This document shows, piece by piece, positions 26,785 through 40,573 of a stretch of 64,000 nucleotides of DNA (position 1 is its first letter; every line of letters begins with the position of its first letter). Under the pieces are notes generated by a model that did no database searches, was not told where the DNA came from, and saw nothing but the letters and a program-made list of their open reading frames with translations. Source of the DNA: Octopus vulgaris (lineage: Eukaryota); assembly GCA_951406725.2 (NCBI GenBank), contig OX597817.1:116622001-116686000 (forward strand), read 5' to 3'. Both the position numbers and the translations under genes were made by a program.

Positions 26785-27140
26785 TACTCATTCCTACGCT
26801 AGGTACAGGGCCCCAGATCTTGTGGCAGGGGCCAGTCAATTAGATCAACAAGTGGTACTCAATTTATCAACCCCAAGAGGATGAAAGGCAAAGTTGACCA
26901 CGGTGGAATTTGAACTCAGAACGTAAAGACAGACTTTACTACCCACAAGGGGCTAAACACAGAGGAGACAAACAAGGACAAGTCGATTACATCGGATTAA
27001 GGCGATTGCATCGACCCTAGTGCATAACTGGTACTTATTTAATTGATCCTGAAAGAATGAAAGGCAAAGTTGACCTCGGCGGAATTTGAACTCAGAACGC
27101 AGTGGCAGATGAAATACTGCTAATACTGCCAGCTTTCTTC
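26785..27140 (-). mobile_element. Two adjacent or nested SINEs (1277-type family)
   Basis: gatgaaaggcaaagttgacc..ggaatttgaactcagaacg occurs twice. Confidence 0.85.
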
Positions 27141-27620
27141 CCTTCATGGGGTAATATTACATTATTTGTAAACAGATTTAGGTTGGTGAAATCTGTACCA
27201 ATAAACTAAGAAATACCTGTCAACAAATGCAGTCTATAATAACCACATTCAGTTGGAATATCAGAAATGCAAGGTTAAATTCTCTTACCACCCTTTAAGG
27301 TAATTTTCCCAATCTTCTCAGTTGTTTCTACAGCTATTCTGTGTTCATTGCTTGACCACTAATGTTGCAGTGTTTACATCCCTGTGATCTAGTGGTTCAG
27401 CAAAAGAGAGCGATAGAATAAGTATTAGCTTACAATGAATAAATCCTGGGGTCGATTTATTCGACTAAAATCCATTAATGTGGTGCTCCAGCATGACCAC
27501 AGTCAAATGTTTGAAACAAGTAAAAGAATATTTATATATATATATATACATGCATGCCCCCATACAAAGACATATACATACATTTATATATATATAAGTA
27601 TGTATATATATATATATGTC

Positions 27621-27657
<37 letters not shown>

Positions 27658-28509
27658 GTATGTATGTAATTATGTATGTATACACTCCATGATGTAAATA
27701 TAATTATTGTACTCTATTCTGATCATAATGTTTTAAAATTACTAATGTTCCAATGTAATCTTGTAGCTAAATTTACATATTACACTAGTGAAAGACACTA
27801 AAATTTCCAAAGCTGAATTTCAACAAGGCACAATAAAAATCAATAGAGAATGAAATATGTAAGATAAAGTGCATTCAACCCTGTTTATGAAAGACAATTA
27901 CATAAAACTGAAAGTATTTATGTAAATATTTCATGCTATATGAATTAAACATATTCCAATGTAAATATTTGACTGTGTTCAAAGAAATATCATCCCTAGA
28001 GATAAGATAATCATGAAGAGAGAGAAAAATAATCTTGAACTGTTTACATAGACAGCAGGTAAGAAAATTACCATTTTAAAGTACTGCCCACAGATGCTGC
28101 AAATATCATATGAAACTTTCTTGGAAAGGGGGAAAAACAGAGATGAAAGCTAGAAGAGAAACCTTGGCTGCTAAAACCATAGAAATCCACCTAACTTTTC
28201 AGAATTTAAGCAGTTTCGATGCTCCATAAAATATATTATCACTTGAATGAAGTGGATTATTCACTGCAAATAATCAGCAAAATGATGTAAATACTCAATG
28301 AACAATCCAAAGGTATATTCATCATCCAGCAAGTCTACAAATATATATGCACTGAACCAGCAAGCATTTTCATTACAATAACCGTACATCATCATTGGAG
28401 CCATGATTGGACATTCCTGACAATGTCTTCTCCTCAATTTTTGATTTACCATTATTTTTGGCAGCTGTTCCCTACTGAGGTTCCTATCATCTGAGACTTG
28501 ATCGATCAA

Positions 28510-28688
28510 ATCTGGCAGAAACGTTAGCACGCCAGGCGAAATGCTTAACGGTATTTCGTCTGCCGTTACGTTCGGAGTTCAAATTCCGATTAAAAAATAT
28601 CAGTTACACACTGGGGTCGATGCTATCGACTTAATCCCTGTGTTTGTCCCCTCTATGTTTAGCCCCTTGTGAGCAATAAAGAAATAAA
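28510..28688 (+). mobile_element. tRNA-derived SINE (1277-type, internally deleted)
   Basis: ctggcagaaacgttagcacgcc..gagttcaaattcc..aataaagaaat. Confidence 0.85.
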
Positions 28689-29696
28689 AAATATGTTCAA
28701 GCCAGTCCTCTTCCATTCATCTCCTGTGAGTAAGATTCCCACAATTATAACTTGTGTATAACTTCCTGCTCATGTTTTCAGCAATTTCCTTACATGGAAA
28801 AGTTCAAACAACCAAATATAAGAACATGGATAAAACTATTGTCTATCTATTAGTCTATCTTCTTGTCATTTCACATCCCTACCTTCTTCTCTTATCAGCT
28901 ATATTTGTGTAATTATGTTAATAAATTGTATTAATGAGTAAATCATATATTGATATATCAGTAGGCTCCAAAGTATGCCAAGCTTCAGATCTGAAGCAAT
29001 GAAGGGGCCACATAAATTATTACCTAAGTTTACTTTCAATATCTGAAAACACTTTTAATGATTAAAGATAGCATTAATCCTTAGATTATCACTATTCAGT
29101 GTGTGTGTATGTGTGTGTGTGTGTGTGTTTGTGTTTGTGTGTTCGTGTGTGTGTGTGCTTGTGTGTGTTTGTGTGTGTTAGTGACTGTGATAGATGCAAA
29201 AGGCTTCTTTCAGTTTCCTTCAGCTATAGTAGAAGATACTTGCCTATGGTGCCATGCAGTAGGATTGAAATGAAGATCACATGGCTGGAAAGCAAGCCTC
29301 TTAACCACATAGTCACACCTGTACCTAATCACTATTACAATAAATATCAAGATATACTAATAATGTTGCAAATTCAAGAAATAATGGTATGCAAGTGTTA
29401 GTTTGTTCTTAATAGTTGTATTTTTGTTGTTTAGGTTTGCCTCAATAAATGATTTTGCATATAAGGCTGCATACACACTCACCATTAAGGAGGGAATATC
29501 CCAATTTGAGAATTGCAACAAATTGTATAGGAGCCAATCAAATGTGGCATACAGCTAAGAACTTTAATTTTCTTTATATATGAGTGTATGATATAATATA
29601 TAATATATAAAAATGGTATGTATCATATGTAATATGTCACTTATGTCGTATGCGTAAAAGTGCAGATGCCCATATCCTGATTGATATGGATACTCT

Positions 29697-30112
29697 CTTT
29701 TCTCTTTACTCTTTTACTTGTTTCAGTCATTTGACTGTGGCCATGCTGGAACACCACCTTTAGTCGAGCAAATCGACCCCAGGACTTATTCTTTGTAAGC
29801 CCAGTACTTATTCTATCGGTCTATTTTGCTGAACCGCTAAGTGACAGGGACGTAACCACACCAGCATCGGTTGTCAAGCAATGCTAGGGGGACAAACACA
29901 GACACACAAACACATACATACATCTATATATATATATATACATATATACGACAGGCTTCTTTCAGTTTCCATCTATCAAATCCACTCACAAGGTATTGGT
30001 CAGCCCGGGTCTATAGCAGAAGACACCTGCCCAAGATGCCACGCAGTGGGACTGAACCCAGAACCATGTGGTTGGTTAGCAAGCTACTTACCACACAGCC
30101 ACTCCTATGCCT
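29697..30112 (-). mobile_element. Full-length tRNA-derived SINE
   Basis: Reverse complement closely matches 52697-53110. Confidence 0.9.
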
Positions 30113-31311
30113 CTATATATATATACCTATGTGTGTGTGTGTGTATGTGTGAATAGATTGATAGGTAAAGAGAGAGAGAGAGAGAGATGGAAGGATGGGT
30201 GACGGGACAAGTATACAGACAAACAGACGTCTTTCAATATGTAAGAAAGGCAAAACTAACTAACATTCAGTTCTGCCAAGGATTTCAGTTAAATATATTA
30301 GATATTTTCAAATATACAATTACAGACAATTCTAATTAATTTTGTCTAAGTCTGTGTGGGAAGTAAATATTAATAACATACTTCTTTGTGTTAAGGAGAA
30401 TCATTTGTAAAACTTCTTTAGATCATTGAAAATCAAAAGTTTTAAGTTTGGCACCTATTAGTACAAAACAATTTTTAGTGTAGGTGAAGATGTTATTTTT
30501 ATCCAAAAGGTTAATAGTTTTTCTTTTTTTTTTTTCAAAAAGATGTCTCCTAAAACAGGATGGTGAGGTATATGTGACAGACGTTTCAATTACTTGCCTG
30601 ATTTCTTTAGTGAATCAATGTAATATGACTTTCTTTTTGCAGAGATGATAGATTCTCAGCATCCATAAATGTTTGAAAGATAAGCTTCAGTGAATTTGCA
30701 AGGGTGTCCTTCACATTATTTTAGGAAATAACCAAAAAAGAAGGCATCACTTACTGGTACTAAATTTGTATTTATGCACACTATTGATTCTTTTATCTGA
30801 GTGGGCCATTAATGTTGCAATATGCCAAGTAGATGAAAAATCTCCGGACGGCTGATTTGTTTATTAAAGTTTTTGTTGGAGACAATTTATACATTGTTAC
30901 CTGAAATGTTCTGTCATGGATAGTATCTAAGCATACAATCTATATCATTGTAGTTGTCCAATTTTAGAATTTAAAGATAAAATCTCAAGTGAATAACGAG
31001 AGAAAACTTCAGAATAAGAATTTTTTCCCTTCAGCTAGCTTCAGCATTTTCTTTTCATTTTGTGATCACAACCATTTGATAAAACACTTAGGATTACCTT
31101 CGTTGCTCCTTATCATCCAAGTAGGTTTTAAAAGTTGAGTGTAGTTTGCTACTATAGTTAGAAGTCTCTGTTTCTTTTTAAAAAAACTGTGATAATCAGT
31201 AATAGATTGTGAATTTCCACAATAAACTACTTGAAGTAAATATATTTTCATATGTGGCATCATGTCAATTGATTATGGCTAAAATGATGCACTAAGTTTT
31301 TATCTTCCAAA

Positions 31312-31358
<47 letters not shown>

Positions 31359-31388
31359 CATATATATATATATACATATATATATATA

Positions 31389-31723
31389 CATATAAAAAAA
31401 GGAAATGAAGAAAATGCTGACAAAATAATTTAAGTAAGGGAGAGTGTATTTAATTAGGTGAAAGTTCTTTTACCAGTTGCGCATTTGTTATGCTTATCAA
31501 AAGATATTTTTTAAGAGAGATAGAGTTCCTTTCTGATAGATTTTTTTCTCTATCTGCTAAGAGAAAAAAAATCTATCAGAAAGGAACTCTATCTCTCTTA
31601 AAAAATATCTTTTGATAAGCATAACAAATGCGCAACTAGTAAAAAGAACTTTCACCTAATTAAATACACTCTTCCTTACTTAAATTATTTTGTCAGCATT
31701 TTCTTCATTTCCTTTTTTATATA
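31389..31723. repeat. Near-perfect fold-back (arms about 160 bp) with mutated HHR motifs
   Basis: 31389-31550 is the reverse complement of 31560-31723; cttTTGATAA-gcat-aacaa-atgc-GCAActagta. Confidence 0.9.
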
Positions 31724-31772
31724 TCACAACTCGTGTTCCACATCTCCTTTTTTAAATATATATACATATATA

Positions 31773-31818
<46 letters not shown>

Positions 31819-31900
31819 TTTATTTATATTTATTTTTATATATACATATATATATTTATTTATATATACATATATATATTTATTTATATATACATATATA

Positions 31901-31939
<39 letters not shown>

Positions 31940-31942
<3 letters not shown>

Positions 31943-32690
31943 TGAGAAAGTTGGTGTGTGAAAGCACGTGGTTGGATATATATAAAATAGAAAAGAGTGA
32001 AAAACTACAGAAGGCTTGTTTTATAAGGTTAAAGAATATATTTAAGTCATTATGTTAGAAGAATGTTATAAAATTTTGCATATAGTAACATAGTTTTTGA
32101 AGAAATTACCGGTTTCATGTTAACTTTTCAAACTTCTCAAATGTCTTTACCTACATCGTGTCATGTCTTCGTTATGCAGTGCAAAGAAGAGTTCCAGGCA
32201 GGGGGAGGTAATACGCGATTTCTTCCGGTATAAGGGAGATAATCGCTTTATATTTCTTTTCCCCTTTTTTAATGAGATGAGTTTCTATGTATAAGAATGT
32301 TAGGATGTTTAAGTTCAGGCTTATATTTTTCAATGAAGAATGTTTCCTTGTTTAATCTAATTTGTGTTGGTGTTCCAATAGCACATTGATAGAATGGAAA
32401 GATTAAAAATTGTGGTAGTAGTTGCTTTGCGCATTTCTCAATATGCTCACTAAAGGGTATCATTCTGTATTCTGGGAATGCAATCTGTTGTTGATGCAGA
32501 GTGCATCTGCATCTGAATGATAACACAGATAAACTCCTAAAATTCAAAAACGTATTGAACAGCATCAACCCAACTATACAGTTCACAATGGAGTACAACC
32601 AAAAGGAGCTTCCATTCTTAAATATACTGATTAAAAAAATTAACCTTAAAATAGAAACAGACACTTTTTACAAATAACCATTGCATACTA
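31940..32690. mobile_element. PLE relic with internal inversion (GIY-YIG C-terminus on minus, RT fragment on plus)
   Basis: Minus: CTLHQQQI..FSEHIEKC..FPFYQ..FIEKYKPEL. Plus, about 32515-32675: LNSINPTIQFTMEYNQKELPFLNILI..TDTFYK. GAAACCGGTA HHR relic near 32105 (minus). Confidence 0.85.
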
Positions 32691-33099
32691 AACTTATTGA
32701 TAGATATTACCAGATTTCCACCATACACCAAACTCAGCTGACACAGCCTATTGGATAACATAGACAAATCTTGATAGTTTTTGTCACATACAAATTTTAA
32801 TTTATTGAAGTCATATTGTTGAAGAATCCATGCTAAGAATATGGAGACATCTAATTTATCCAAGACAAATTGTTTATGAGATCTAGATTGTAAGTGGTGC
32901 TCTTGGAGTGTTCTTTGAATTTCTTCCAGAAACAGTTTGTACGACAGAAAGACACATTACCATTTGTATTAGAAAATATTCCGGTTTTCTTTTCCCCTGC
33001 TCCTTATATATGTTAGAAATATCTTGTAATCCAAAATAAAGATAAATTTTATTTTATTTAGTCATCAGGAAAATTCCTGTAAATAAAAATTCATAAGAT

Positions 33100-33431
33100 G
33101 TGTGGGTTACTTAATGGCATGAGGAACATTCTAGTGAAGTTGAACGTCTTATCTGGCCACCACAGTCCCAAGATCGCAATATTATTGAACATTTATGGTG
33201 CATGTTAGAAAAACAAATAAGGAGTTGATATCCTCCACCACCATTACAACAATAACTGGAGAATGTTTTAGCTAAAGAATGGACAAAAAGTTCCCTTCAA
33301 AACAATTCAAACTTTGTATGAGTTCATACTTCATGAAATTCAAGCTGTAATTACTGCCAAAGGTGGTCCTACCCCATTTTAAAATAAATTTGTTTGAAAT
33401 TTTAAGGTGTTTCCATTATTTTGTACAACCC

Positions 33432-33436
<5 letters not shown>
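33100..33436 (+). mobile_element. Tc1-like transposon 3' fragment
   Basis: IWPPQSQDRNIIEHLW (WPxxSPDLNxIE motif); TIR ..tgtacaacccctg followed by TA. Confidence 0.85.
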
Positions 33437-33472
<36 letters not shown>

Positions 33473-33479
33473 TATATAA

Positions 33480-33860
33480 ATTAAGGTGCCAAATATGCCA
33501 CCTTTGCTAGAAAGAGGAGTCAACAAGCTAAAGCCACAAATTTCTTGCTATAAATAAACACGCACACTTAAGGCAGAGAATATAAGAAATATAGCCCTTA
33601 CCTTTGCAAAAATACAAAGAAAAGTACAAACAGATAAGTATCAATTGGTTTCACCAAAGTGCTTTTGGCACAAAAACTGAAATCAGTTGATACTGAGATG
33701 TCTGTAGTTTTGCAAAGGTAAGGGCTATATTTCTTATATTCTCTGCCTTAACTATGAGTGTTTATAATGAGAAATTTGTGGCTTTGGAGTGTTGTCTCCT
33801 CTTTCTAGCAAAGAGTACATTTGTTGACACCTCTTTCTAGGGTACATTTGGTACCTTAAC
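33480..33860. repeat. Diverged fold-back inverted repeat beside (TA)n
   Basis: Arms about 33480-33655 and 33678-33860 (e.g. agcccttacctttgcaaaa / ttttgcaaaggtaagggct). Confidence 0.85.
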
Positions 33861-33999
33861 TTTTATGTATTACTTACCTGTTTTAATTATGATTATTATT
33901 ATTATTATCCACTCACAAGGCTATAAGAGAAGACACTTGCCCAAGATGCCACACAGTGCGACTGAACCCGGAACCATGTAGTTGGGAAGCAAGCAACTT

Positions 34000-35984
34000 T
34001 ATTTCATAAAATTTGTCATCATAGACGGTACAAAGAGTGTGTAGCTTTGCAGGGCTGGACAAACACATTAATGAAATGAAAATGAAATAGAATGAATAAA
34101 TGAGAGACGAAGCCCAACACCAGCCAATTGGGTTTTTCTCGAAAACATATTTTCTCTTTTTAAAAAATCAATATGAGGTTTCAAACCTCTTACAAGAAGG
34201 AGGCACTAAAACCTCTTACTTAACATGTTTTTTTTAAACAAACACACAATTGAGGTTATAAACCACTACAAATAAATAATACAATAAGATGAGGTTTCAA
34301 ACCCTATAACGAGGGTCTATCACCTCCTACTCTTCGATATATCCATCAATATATTCATTATCTTCAATGCCGCTTGAGTTCCTGTATCCTGCCATTTCCC
34401 ATGTAAGTCGTGTAAGGGCCACGCAGCCATATGCGACACTCCTCTCCAAATCCTTTAAGCCTTTCCCACAAGGGAAAGCTTATGACCTCCACAGCTATCT
34501 GCGGAGGCCATTCGGAATCCCGTGTGAAGGGCATATCTAATGTCTCTTTATGTTCTTTTACTATTTTTTCCACCTCTTGCCCTTATAGAAAAAGATAATT
34601 AATTGATCATCTTTAAGGGTGGGGGTGGTTTCTTCCACTGTGGGTGGCACAACTTCGGGACATGCAGACAGCACATCATCTCCCCGCTGAAATGACCCGT
34701 TCTTCTGCCTTCTTTTTTCTTTTTTCTTCCTGACTTCAGGAGAGTGGAGCTCTTCCGCTTTTTCCGGAGACTCTCCCCCGCCTCCCGAAGCTTTCTTCCT
34801 TTCTAATCCTTTCTGAGTTGAGGAGGCTGAAGCCTCCTCGACCACATCCACCTCTCCCTTTGTCCGGGTAGGGGAGGTGGCATCTAATGACTGTTCCAGG
34901 ACCTTACAATGGTCCTGGGGCAGTTTCTTTTAATGTGGTCTGGCTGGAGGCATAAGTGACACTTGGGGGGAGGGCAGCGTCCCTCAAGTATCACCAGATA
35001 TCTGCAGCCAGCCATTTTCAAGATATCTGGAAAAAACAGATCTGTTGCAGCCGATGGGATCCACAGGGTCAAAATCGCTTTTGACCCTTCCCAATCGGCT
35101 ACCAGCAATACCCTAACATTTAAAGAGCCTGGGCCTGCCATCCCCCAGTCCCCGTCGGATGGTATCTTCAATCCAATCTGCTTCGGTGCCTGGGAGCAAC
35201 CCACATACCCAGGCTCGTATTAATTTCCTCCCACAATATGACGGGAGGAACAGAATTTCCTTGCCTTCTAAAGGCTGACTCGCAAACTGGCAAGCTTTTT
35301 CCCCATTGTCAATCAGCAACCATATGGTTGCATGTTTGACACCACAGGATATATATTTTAAAGAGGACAAATAGTCTTTAAGTTCATTTTTTTTAACTTC
35401 TTTTGGGAAGACGGTGATGGAATTAAGAACTTTAGAATAAGTTCTAAGCACCATCGTCTTCTCCATATCTTTTAACCACTGCTTAGGCGGGTTAATTTCC
35501 CATCCTAAGACAGAGTTTTTCTTTTTAAGTTCCTTCTCAGCCATGTTAAAAAACAGTTCAAAAGACAGTCTGCCTAAAAATTAAACCGAATAAAAATAAA
35601 ACAAAATAAAAGAGGAGGAAAGGAAACTGAAATTAAAGTAATGAAAAGAATGAAACAAAATTTAGAAAGAAAGAAAAAATAGAAGAAGGGAAAAGTAAAA
35701 GAAAAACCTCACAAATAGCACAGACAGGGAAGTTCTTGAAGTTTGGAAAAATTATACTTTTTCTGGCGATATACGCCCACTAGAATTTACAAAAAGAATT
35801 TTCAAGCAAAACTTCTCAATTCACCGTTACGGTCATGAGAACCCAGTATTTTGCTCACTATAGCGAGCCATAACTGACAATTTTCTTTTTGTTCTTTTTT
35901 CTATTCACGGAGCCCCAAAAAACTCACATCTTGTCACTGTAACAGTCCAGACCAACTAGTGTTGCATTTTGGGTAACCGAAAGT
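34000..35984 (-). mobile_element. Tx1/L1-like non-LTR element with ORF1 only (CCHC knuckle), inserted in a SINE head
   Basis: Frameshifted ORFs from 35544 to 34364 including CHLCLQPDHIKRNCP; TSD aagcaagc(a/t)actt at 33987-33999 and 35985-35997; host SINE halves on both sides. Confidence 0.8.
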
Positions 35985-37789
35985 AAGCAAGCTACTTACC
36001 ACACAGCCACTCCTATGCCTAGAATTTTGCTAGAATTTTGAAGATAACATATTTTCCATGAATAACTTTATGGTATTTTGATGTATGTGGAACATTTTGT
36101 GTAGGAGGTTAAAGAATATTTTGGCAACAGAAGTATCTACTTTTAGACTGAATACTGGGTTCAGTCCCCTCTAAATTACATAAAGTAATAAATGGACAAA
36201 TATCTTCAATTATACCCCATGAAAGCTTTATCCCTCCATTAGTGTTGTTCAATTTTTGAAGCCATGTAAGATATACTATAATAAGCATAAGCACAGAATA
36301 ACAGATAATCTAATACAATATAACCATTCTATCTAATAAATCAATGAATGAATAGAAAATGCTATGTGTCATAGAAATAATCCTTAATGTGTAACAACAA
36401 GGCAATGTTCACAGGTCATTATTTTCCAAAATCAGTCGACATCTATAAACAACATAAAAAATTTGAAGGAAAATTATTCAAATTTAGCATCAGAAGGCCA
36501 GTTATAAAACATTTTAGAAATATTTGAATCCTGGACACTTTTGTAAGTTTAAATAAATTAACATTTGTCTTTGAAGCTTACAACAGAGTTATATGAAAAT
36601 ATTCCTTGGGATGAAATTAATACAGCAGCAAAAGCAGGCACAACTATTTATCTGTCAACCCATCTATTTATCAACTTATCTGTATGCACACACTACACAA
36701 TGAAACACAAACGCAAACACACAGGCGTACGTATTTACATATTACACACACACACATACATATATATATTATATACACACTTATGAGAGAGATTTGTTGA
36801 ATTTCCTCAGTGTTCTCTGATGTTGGCAATTGCCAATAATATTTCGTGTCTTTCTCAATTTTTGCCTGACTTCGATAAAAAAAAAACTTTTTATTAAAAA
36901 TTCACAAGTTTTTCTCAGCAAATATCAATTTAATGGAGGATATTTTGCATACTTGTATTAAGTTATGTACACATAATGCATAAATACATACACAGATATA
37001 CACACATTCATATGTACATATGTATACATATATATACATACATATATATAAACATATATATATGTATATATGTATATATATATATATATGCATATATATA
37101 TACATGTATGTATATATATATACATACACACACACATATATATATATGTACGTATATATATATATGTATGTATAAGCATATGTATATGTAAGTGTTTGTA
37201 CATGCAGAATCCATCCATTTTGCTTGCTCTTCAAATTGAATCATATGTGTGTGTATATACACATATACATATACACACACACACACGGACACACTCACAC
37301 ATATATATATATGCATGCATATATGTATAAACTGATATGCATATTTATATCAATATACATACACACACATGATACATATTTGAACTTTAAAGATGTGTTA
37401 TTGAATACCTGTTTTTCAACACTGCCTAAACTATCTGAACACCAGGTATTCATGGTATATGCATGGTTACAAATACGAAAGACTGATTTATTGAAAGAAA
37501 GAATGCCACTGAAGCAAAATCATAACATTCTGCACAATATGTTTATGAGAATTTAATGAAATGTTTTACTATAGTTTTAAAATCTTGAATAACACAGGCA
37601 AAATCCTTTCAATTTAAAAAGGCTCACATTCTTGGAAACAGTCCTGCTTGTTGCCTGGGCATACAATAGTGGAATTTATTTTTTTATTTTTTACTTATTC
37701 CACTCATTAGATTTGCATCCACTGAAGACATGAATTGTCAAAGTCTCTTGAGTGTCTTAATACTTTCCAGTGTTATATGAACTGATATG

Positions 37790-38132
37790 TGTTTGAGGAG
37801 ACCTTCTGCTGTGCTTGAGGAGACCTATTGAGTCAAGTACATCAACATCAAAAAATCAAATGGAAATTATAGTTGGGATACCTGTGACGGTGGCATGTAA
37901 AAAGCACCATCTGAACGTGGCAGATGCCAGTGATCTTTGATTGACTTCTGTGCTAGTGGCACGTAAAAAGCACCAACTGATCGTGGACATTGCTAGCCTC
38001 CCCTGGCACCTGCGCTGGAGGCATATAAAAAGCACCCACTACACTCATGCAATGGTTGGCGTTAGGAAGGGCATCAAGCTGTAGAAACTCTGCCAGATCA
38101 GACTGGAGCCTGGTCAAACCGTTCCCAGACCC
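37790..38132 (+). mobile_element. RTE 3' UTR / tail
   Basis: gtggcacgtaaaaagcacc repeats, ggcgttaggaagggcatc, (GAT)n end. Confidence 0.85.
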
Positions 38133-39596
38133 CGGTCAAACTGTTCAACCCAAGCTAGCATAGAAAACAGACATTAAACGATGATGATGATGACTCTTAC
38201 CGGTGTGTTTTATGGGATTTGGGGACTCTTTTCTTCCTCTGTAACTTTTGCTTATCGTTTTTGAAATTTGAATAAATTTTAAATCCTCTCAAACAAAGAA
38301 CAATGGAGTACCAAATGGAAAGAAAAAATGAATATGAATTTATCTGATAAAGTTATTGCTTGAACATCTAAGTACTTTTGACAATTATTCTTTAATTTAT
38401 ATATTCAAAATTAAATTCTTGGACTTGTACCTCACCAATAGGTGACAACAGATCTAATGCAGAAAAGCTTTTGATTTCAGATGTTTATAAACTTATTCAA
38501 ACACTTAAGTCTGGAGTATAGGATACTTTTCAAGAATCAACCAGATATGCTATAGAATGAATATATATGAGGCCATTTACATGACTTTAATTTCGAAACA
38601 ATTTCTCTTTAAAGTTATTCCAAATTTTCAAACTTGCTGTGGTATCATAACAAAAATACCTTTACATGGATCATTCTGCTGAAACTTAAACCAAAGCAGG
38701 TTTTCTAAAATTATTAGAATGGTCCAGAGAACCACTATATACCTGTGAAAGTATGTTGAAATGGTCCATTTTTGACCAGGTATCAATATTGAAACAATTT
38801 ATTCAAGACCTACCCTATTCAGAAGATACAGAAAATATTGGTCTTGAAAATGTTACATCCACTTTTGTCATGTTCGTTGTACCAGGTAAATGAGAACTGT
38901 GACCATAGACATTTCTGTCCACCAAACTCATTAGCATTTTTTTAAATTTCAAGGTCAGTGTAAATGAATACTATATGAAGCTTTTTATGCCACACTAGAG
39001 AAATGCAGAGGAATTAATAATTAACAGAAATTCAGTAGAATTAACATGAAGAAAGTTAATTTGTTCAATTTCATGCATGTCACACTTTTGGGGTCCTGGT
39101 CAAAAAGTTCATTATACATTCCAGGTAATTTTTTTTAATACTTTACTGTGAAAAAGAAATCAATACAATTCTTGTAGACATTCAAGATTTACAGCTTAGA
39201 TATTTCATAGTTTGTGTCTCTGCCTATCATGTACATCAAGTGAATATGGCCTGTTTATACCTTACAAATGTTGTTGTTGACATATCTTTGAAAAACAGCA
39301 GCCAGTGATAGCAGTACACAGATTCTATCACATTCCAAGATTAGAATCGTTTGCCCAGTAGGCAATATGTTTAGTGGCATTTTGACTATTTTTATGCTCT
39401 GAGTTAAAATTCTGACGGGGTCGACTTTGTCTTTCATCAATTTGAGGTTGATAAAATAAGTTTGAAGCCAGTATTATCATTACAGTTCTAGCAGGATATA
39501 TACATGTCCTGTTACATGCTACATGTGAAGTATTTAATTTACAAACACAAGAAATTAGTAGATATTTGTTTTTTTTCTTTGTTGTTTTGTTCCTTC

Positions 39597-39886
39597 TCAA
39601 GCCATGCCTGGCTCATAAGGGCCAGTTTCCCAGTTTCTTTGGTGTATAGGTTCCCCATCTGGATGGAATGCCAGTCCATCACAGGTGAGCTGCACAATGC
39701 AGGAGGAAAGAGCAAAAGAAAGTTGTGGTGAAAGAGTCAGCAGAAGTTCGCCATTACCTTCTGCCAGAGCTGCATGGAGCTTAGGTGTTTCGTTCATAAA
39801 CACACACATCGCCCGGTCTGAGATTCAAACCCACAATCCCTCAACCACGAGTCTGCTGCTCTAACCACTAGGCCATGTGCCTCCAC
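39597..39886 (-). mobile_element. tRNA-derived SINE
   Basis: Head gtggaggcacatggcctagtggttagagcagcag shared with 63271-63664; different tail. Confidence 0.85.
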
Positions 39887-40573
39887 ATAGATGTTTGTTT
39901 GCGTATATGTATATCAAAAAGCAGTATGAGAATGAAGCAATACTTGGCCAAGGAAGGAAAACGATGCTTTAATATGTTGAGAAAGGTGTTCATGATGTTG
40001 ATTATGTTAACAATAAATTAGTTTAAGCAGACTCTACTAATTTCTATACATGTCGAGTTATTTACATGGTTTATTCATTTTAATTTTCTGCTTCAGAATG
40101 TATGTATTGCATGAAGTAACTTTTGGAAAATGTATTTACTAAACACATGCAGTAATTTTAGCATCATTATATAGATATCTTGGTACTATACACAAACGTA
40201 TTTAGGGAGGATTTATCCTTTTCATAAATGACGTAAAAGCTGTTGAATGTATTTACTATCTGCTTTTTACACTGAACAGACAATATATGTTACATGTACC
40301 TAATTGACTGCCTACCTACTTACCTGCCTACTTATCTGCCTACCTACCTATCTACCTACCTGCCTAGATACCTACCTACCTACATACAAACATACATGTA
40401 TACATACATGCATACATACATACATAAACACACATTGGTGCCACATAGAATGAGCCCTGTACACTCTCTAAAGTGGTTGGCTTTAGGATGGGCTCCCAGT
40501 CATAGACACCATACATAAACAGACAACTGCAGCCTTGTGCAGCTCTCTGGCTTGCCATGAAAGTGGTGTCAGT

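Noticed and set aside
27960-28060. KYLTVFKEISSLEI as a dynein linker motif
   Set aside because: Too close to the putative AAA1 Walker A compared with real dyneins; likely over-fitting, so it was left out of the pseudogene span
28261-28530. Minus-strand 89-aa ORF as a gene
   Set aside because: Starts inside a SINE; no recognisable protein; the opposite strand carries the dynein-like motifs
30755-30900. Minus-strand exon (tttcag ... gtaagt)
   Set aside because: Stop codons in all three frames
32269-32664. 131-aa ORF as a single protein
   Set aside because: Chimera of antisense RT sequence and a GIY-YIG C-terminus across an inversion junction
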